From an uncultured Candidatus Saccharibacteria bacterium (lineage in GTDB: Bacteria > Patescibacteriota > Minisyncoccia > JAHIHE01 > JAGLIN01): 36,395 bases of DNA. The notes below the pieces were generated by a model that ran no database searches, was not told the origin of the DNA, and saw only the letters and a program-made list of their open reading frames with translations. Each line of letters opens with the position of its first letter. Within the stretch, counting starts at the first letter, position 1. Shown piece after piece: positions 33,848 through 36,395 of this stretch. A program made the position numbers and the translations under genes. The stretch covers positions 1 to 36,395 of the forward strand of contig CAZKLR010000001.1 in NCBI GenBank assembly GCA_964553695.1, read 5' to 3'.

Positions 33848-34489
33848 ATGAAAAGAAAAGGTGTCAATATATGTCTAGTAGCTCCAATCATAACCTTTTT
33901 TTTGGGTCTCAATTTGTCTATTTTTTTAAAGCTGATAGATGATATTTTAAAGCGGATAAATCTTAATGTTGTAGCAATTGTTATAACAATTTGCCTTGCG
34001 TTTGGTGTGCCTCTCTATAAAGAAAATAAAAAAAAGAGATCTACTGCTAGACAAGTGTTACAGGAGATAAAAAATGCGATGAGCCAAATAGAGATTATCC
34101 ACGAAAGGGGTGATAGCTTTTCTTTATCTGACAGGCTACTTCCTACAGATAATTGGCATAATAATCTCTCTTTGTTCACAAATGATCTGAATGAAAATGA
34201 AAGAAAATCTGTAAGCTGCTTCTACAAAGAGGCTGTTTGTATTGATAATATGATATTTCGTGCAGTAAATCAGCTCTTTAATGCTCCTGTCTTATCTTCG
34301 TATTCTTCGGATGATAGTTGTGATAATTCTAATAAAGGCATACAATATTCTTCTATTACTTCTGGGTTTGAGCTTAATATAAGGACCTTATTGCTGGAGG
34401 AAATTAATGTTATTAAGTCGATAGATATGATTTCTGCGGTAGATAAATTAGAAGAGATTTCTGTTAAAAAATGGCTTAGATTTTTATAA
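33848..34489 (+). CDS. hypothetical 2-TM membrane protein (213 aa)
   Basis: Starts 9 nt after the protease gene. Two N-terminal TM helices (VNICLVAPIITFFLGLNLSIFLKLI; VVAIVITICLAFGVPLY), then a soluble domain of about 150 aa with no recognisable motif. More AT-rich than its neighbours by eye. Confidence 0.5.
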   Translation: MKRKGVNICLVAPIITFFLGLNLSIFLKLIDDILKRINLNVVAIVITICLAFGVPLYKENKKKRSTARQVLQEIKNAMSQIEIIHERGDSFSLSDRLLPTDNWHNNLSLFTNDLNENERKSVSCFYKEAVCIDNMIFRAVNQLFNAPVLSSYSSDDSCDNSNKGIQYSSITSGFELNIRTLLLEEINVIKSIDMISAVDKLEEISVKKWLRFL

Positions 34490-34566
34490 GGCAAACTTTT
34501 CTGTCAAAATTTTCTTCGACTCAACTTAGGTGGAAATAATAAAGATCGAAAATAATTTTAAAAAAC

Positions 34567-35286
34567 ATGCTAATCGGCGGACTGCAAAAATTTACAGCCT
34601 TGGATTATCCCGACAAGATTGCGGCGACGATTTTTACGGTGGGGTGTAATTTTCGCTGTCCTTTTTGCCATAATGGCGAGATTGTGGAGATTGGTTCAGA
34701 GAATAATTTTGAGATTATCAGTGAAGCGGAGGTTTTGAAGTTTTTAAAATCTCGGCAAGGCGAACTGGATGGGGTTTGCATTACGGGCGGAGAGCCGACA
34801 TTGCAGAAAGACCTTCTTGAATTTATAAAAAAAGTGAGGAAGATGGGATTTTTGGTGAAGGTGGATACTAATGGTTCAAATTTTGAAGTGGTGAAAAATT
34901 TGGTGGCAGAAAATATTGTTGATTATTTTGCAATTGATATAAAGACCACTTTTCAGAAATATGATTTGGTTTCGGCGCCAAAAGACAGTGCGGAAAATAC
35001 TTTACGGAGCGTAGAATTTATACTAAAGAATAGCATTCCTTTAGAATTACGGACCACTATGGCTCCTGGAGTAGTTGCACTGGATGATTTTGATGAAATT
35101 ATCCGTGTTTTGGGAGAGGAAAATGATATATTATCCCGACTATTTCGATACAGTGTGCAGGCGTTTCGTCCGCAAAAATGTCTGGACGATCAATTTGAGA
35201 AACTTGTGCCTTATGATGATTTTATCCTGGAAGAAGCGGCGAATAAGATACGGAAATATTGTTCGCGAGTAGATGTGGTTAAATGA
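34567..35286 (+). CDS. nrdG: anaerobic ribonucleoside-triphosphate reductase activating protein (radical SAM)
   Basis: 239 aa. GGLQKFTALDYPDKIAATIFTVGCNFRCPFCHN (CxxxCxxC radical-SAM cluster) and GVCITGGEPTL. It appears full length. Confidence 0.85.
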   Translation: MLIGGLQKFTALDYPDKIAATIFTVGCNFRCPFCHNGEIVEIGSENNFEIISEAEVLKFLKSRQGELDGVCITGGEPTLQKDLLEFIKKVRKMGFLVKVDTNGSNFEVVKNLVAENIVDYFAIDIKTTFQKYDLVSAPKDSAENTLRSVEFILKNSIPLELRTTMAPGVVALDDFDEIIRVLGEENDILSRLFRYSVQAFRPQKCLDDQFEKLVPYDDFILEEAANKIRKYCSRVDVVK

Positions 35287-35297
35287 TATAAATAATT

Positions 35298-35564
35298 ATG
35301 AGATTTTCCTGCAAAGTTATAACTCGTGCTTCAAAAAATGAAGTCGTAGGAATTGAAAAATTGTCGCGACTTGGTTTGGATTTTGTAACAAAAGACCTAG
35401 ATATGCCTGAAATCAAGGTCTATACAACGGCCGTGCCGGTAGGCGGAAAGGCTAACAAGGAAGTTGTTAACTTATTGGCGGAGGCGCTGGGAGTCGCTAA
35501 AAGCAGGGTGAAAATTATCAGAGGCGACACTTCAAATAAAAAAATAATCGAGGTGGATGACTAA
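35298..35564 (+). CDS. yggU: DUF167 (YggU) family protein
   Basis: 88 aa. The sequence V.T.AVPVGGKANKEVVNLLAEALGVAKSRVKIIRGDTSNKKIIEV is the typical DUF167 C-terminal pattern. Confidence 0.75.
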   Translation: MRFSCKVITRASKNEVVGIEKLSRLGLDFVTKDLDMPEIKVYTTAVPVGGKANKEVVNLLAEALGVAKSRVKIIRGDTSNKKIIEVDD

Positions 35565-36395
35565 AGACAAGAAATTCCTCTTAGGTGAGACTGCTTTTAT
35601 TTTTGGTATAGTATTATTTTCTTTTGTAGAGTTTGACCTGTGGGTTTTGTTTTCGATTATTGCGTTGCTGGTTGCGCTTATTTTTTTGTTTAAGGGTGAA
35701 AAGATTGAAGTTGTGTTTTTGGTGATATTGTTTTTGATTACAGGGCTGATCCGTTTTGAATTGTTTGTTAAAACCGAGCCTAAAGAAGAAGAGTTGCAAA
35801 GTTTAAATGGTCAAAATATCGAGCTAAATTGCGAGGTTGCGGCTATGCCGGAGTTTAAAAACGGCAAACAGCAAATAATCCTAAAAGCTAACAATGAACG
35901 GCTATTGAAAGGAAAGATTTTGGTTTATGCCAGTCCGTATGAAAGTTATAATTATGGCGACGAATTGAGTTATAAAGGAACTGTAAAGATTCCGGAAAAT
36001 TTTGACGATTTTGATTATAGAAAATATCTGCGCGGCAGAAATATTTATCTGATTTCTTATTATCCGGAATTGGACAAGCTGGAGGCAAATCAAAAAGGTT
36101 ATTATAAAACTTTTTTGGGGGCGCTTTATTCTTTTCGCAAACGGGCCGATGGCAATATAAATAGTCTTTTGCCTGCGCCGGCGGGCAATATTGTGAGTGC
36201 TATGACTTTGGGGATAAGCTCTTCAGAAACCAAAGAGGTGATGGAAAATTTCAATAAAACTGGCACCAGCCATGTGATTGCCGTTTCCGGTTTTCATATG
36301 GTAGTTGTAACTGCTATTTTGATGTTTATTCTCTTGGGAGTTGGAGTAAATCGGGGCAAAGTTTTTTATCTGGCGGTTTTGGGAATTTGCTGTTT
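35557..36395 (+). CDS. comEC: ComEC/Rec2 DNA internalization channel protein, N-terminal part (runs off the window)
   Basis: ATG 35557 overlaps the yggU stop and is preceded by GAGGTGG. Translation: MTKDKKFLLGETAFIFGIVLFSF... with TM segments, a DUF4131-like OB region (ILVYASPYESYNYGDELSYKGTVKIPENFDDFDYRKYL), and the competence-domain motif FNKTGTSHVIAVSGFHM. Not in the ORF track because no stop lies in the window. Confidence 0.8.
   Translation, partial: MTKDKKFLLGETAFIFGIVLFSFVEFDLWVLFSIIALLVALIFLFKGEKIEVVFLVILFLITGLIRFELFVKTEPKEEELQSLNGQNIELNCEVAAMPEFKNGKQQIILKANNERLLKGKILVYASPYESYNYGDELSYKGTVKIPENFDDFDYRKYLRGRNIYLISYYPELDKLEANQKGYYKTFLGALYSFRKRADGNINSLLPAPAGNIVSAMTLGISSSETKEVMENFNKTGTSHVIAVSGFHMVVVTAILMFILLGVGVNRGKVFYLAVLGICC

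Noticed and set aside
34490-34566. Possible remnant of the nrdD C-terminus between the cassette and nrdG. One frame reads GKLFCQNFLRLNLGGNNKDRK*.
   Set aside because: It loosely recalls the ..CGYLR...N.GK..E..DRK tail of NrdD proteins. However, the spacing and key residues (RVxGY, WN.GK) do not match. The similarity is too weak to call without an alignment to close relatives.
1-36395. Search by eye for CRISPR arrays, tRNA/rRNA/tmRNA/SRP RNA genes, transposases, integrases, and known heat-shock (CIRCE/HAIR) or NrdR-box operators.
   Set aside because: I saw no regularly spaced direct repeats and no T-loop (GGTTCGAAT-like) or SRP/tmRNA signature motifs. No recombinase-like ORFs are present. No convincing CIRCE sequence lies upstream of hsp20, and no paired NrdR-box palindromes lie upstream of nrdD. 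A computational scan (tRNAscan-SE, Infernal) would be needed to exclude small RNAs rigorously.

Overview
Low-GC (about 35-40% by eye), gene-dense bacterial window. Gene content and order suggest a reduced-genome, Patescibacteria/CPR-like organism; this is an inference. All homology calls were made by eye from motifs, with no searches run.

Gene order:
- glnA 3' end, then an AlbA_2/HATPase_c_4 protein.
- An operon with a long leader: fused double ATP-grasp ligase, FemAB-like GNAT, and a DUF2090 aldolase-fold protein.
- hsp20, a membrane-anchored hypothetical and a DUF378 protein.
- ECF sigma, a putative anti-sigma and a secreted triple-repeat protein.
- A class I/II aminotransferase, two paralogous modules of unknown genes, then convergent pheA-tyrA-topA.
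- dprA, pth and an LCP protein.
- lepB, flavoprotein, hisS, HIT, rpsU, yqeY, ybeY, dgkA, ftsA, ftsZ.
- nrdD, a two-gene insertion, nrdG, yggU, and the comEC 5' part.

No rRNA, tRNA, CRISPR array, transposase or integrase was recognised.

Two things stand out:
1. Two paralogous leader elements sit in front of small unknown genes, between an aminotransferase and pheA/tyrA. Each has an exact consensus promoter, a 17-20 codon ORF with a run of Phe (and Tyr) codons, and mutually exclusive antiterminator and terminator helices. This looks like pheL-type translation-coupled attenuation.
2. nrdD ends prematurely, with no zinc ribbon or glycyl-radical domain anywhere in the window. It breaks exactly where a 1.9 kb cassette lies upstream of an intact nrdG. 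The cassette encodes a Clp-fold SDH/S49-like serine protease and a 2-TM protein.

Secondary observations:
- The fused dual ATP-grasp ligase operon with a terminator-containing leader.
- A 135-nt long-stem inverted-repeat element between pth and dprA.
- A TAG-interrupted ORF that has its own terminator.
- A possible RNA thermometer in front of hsp20.
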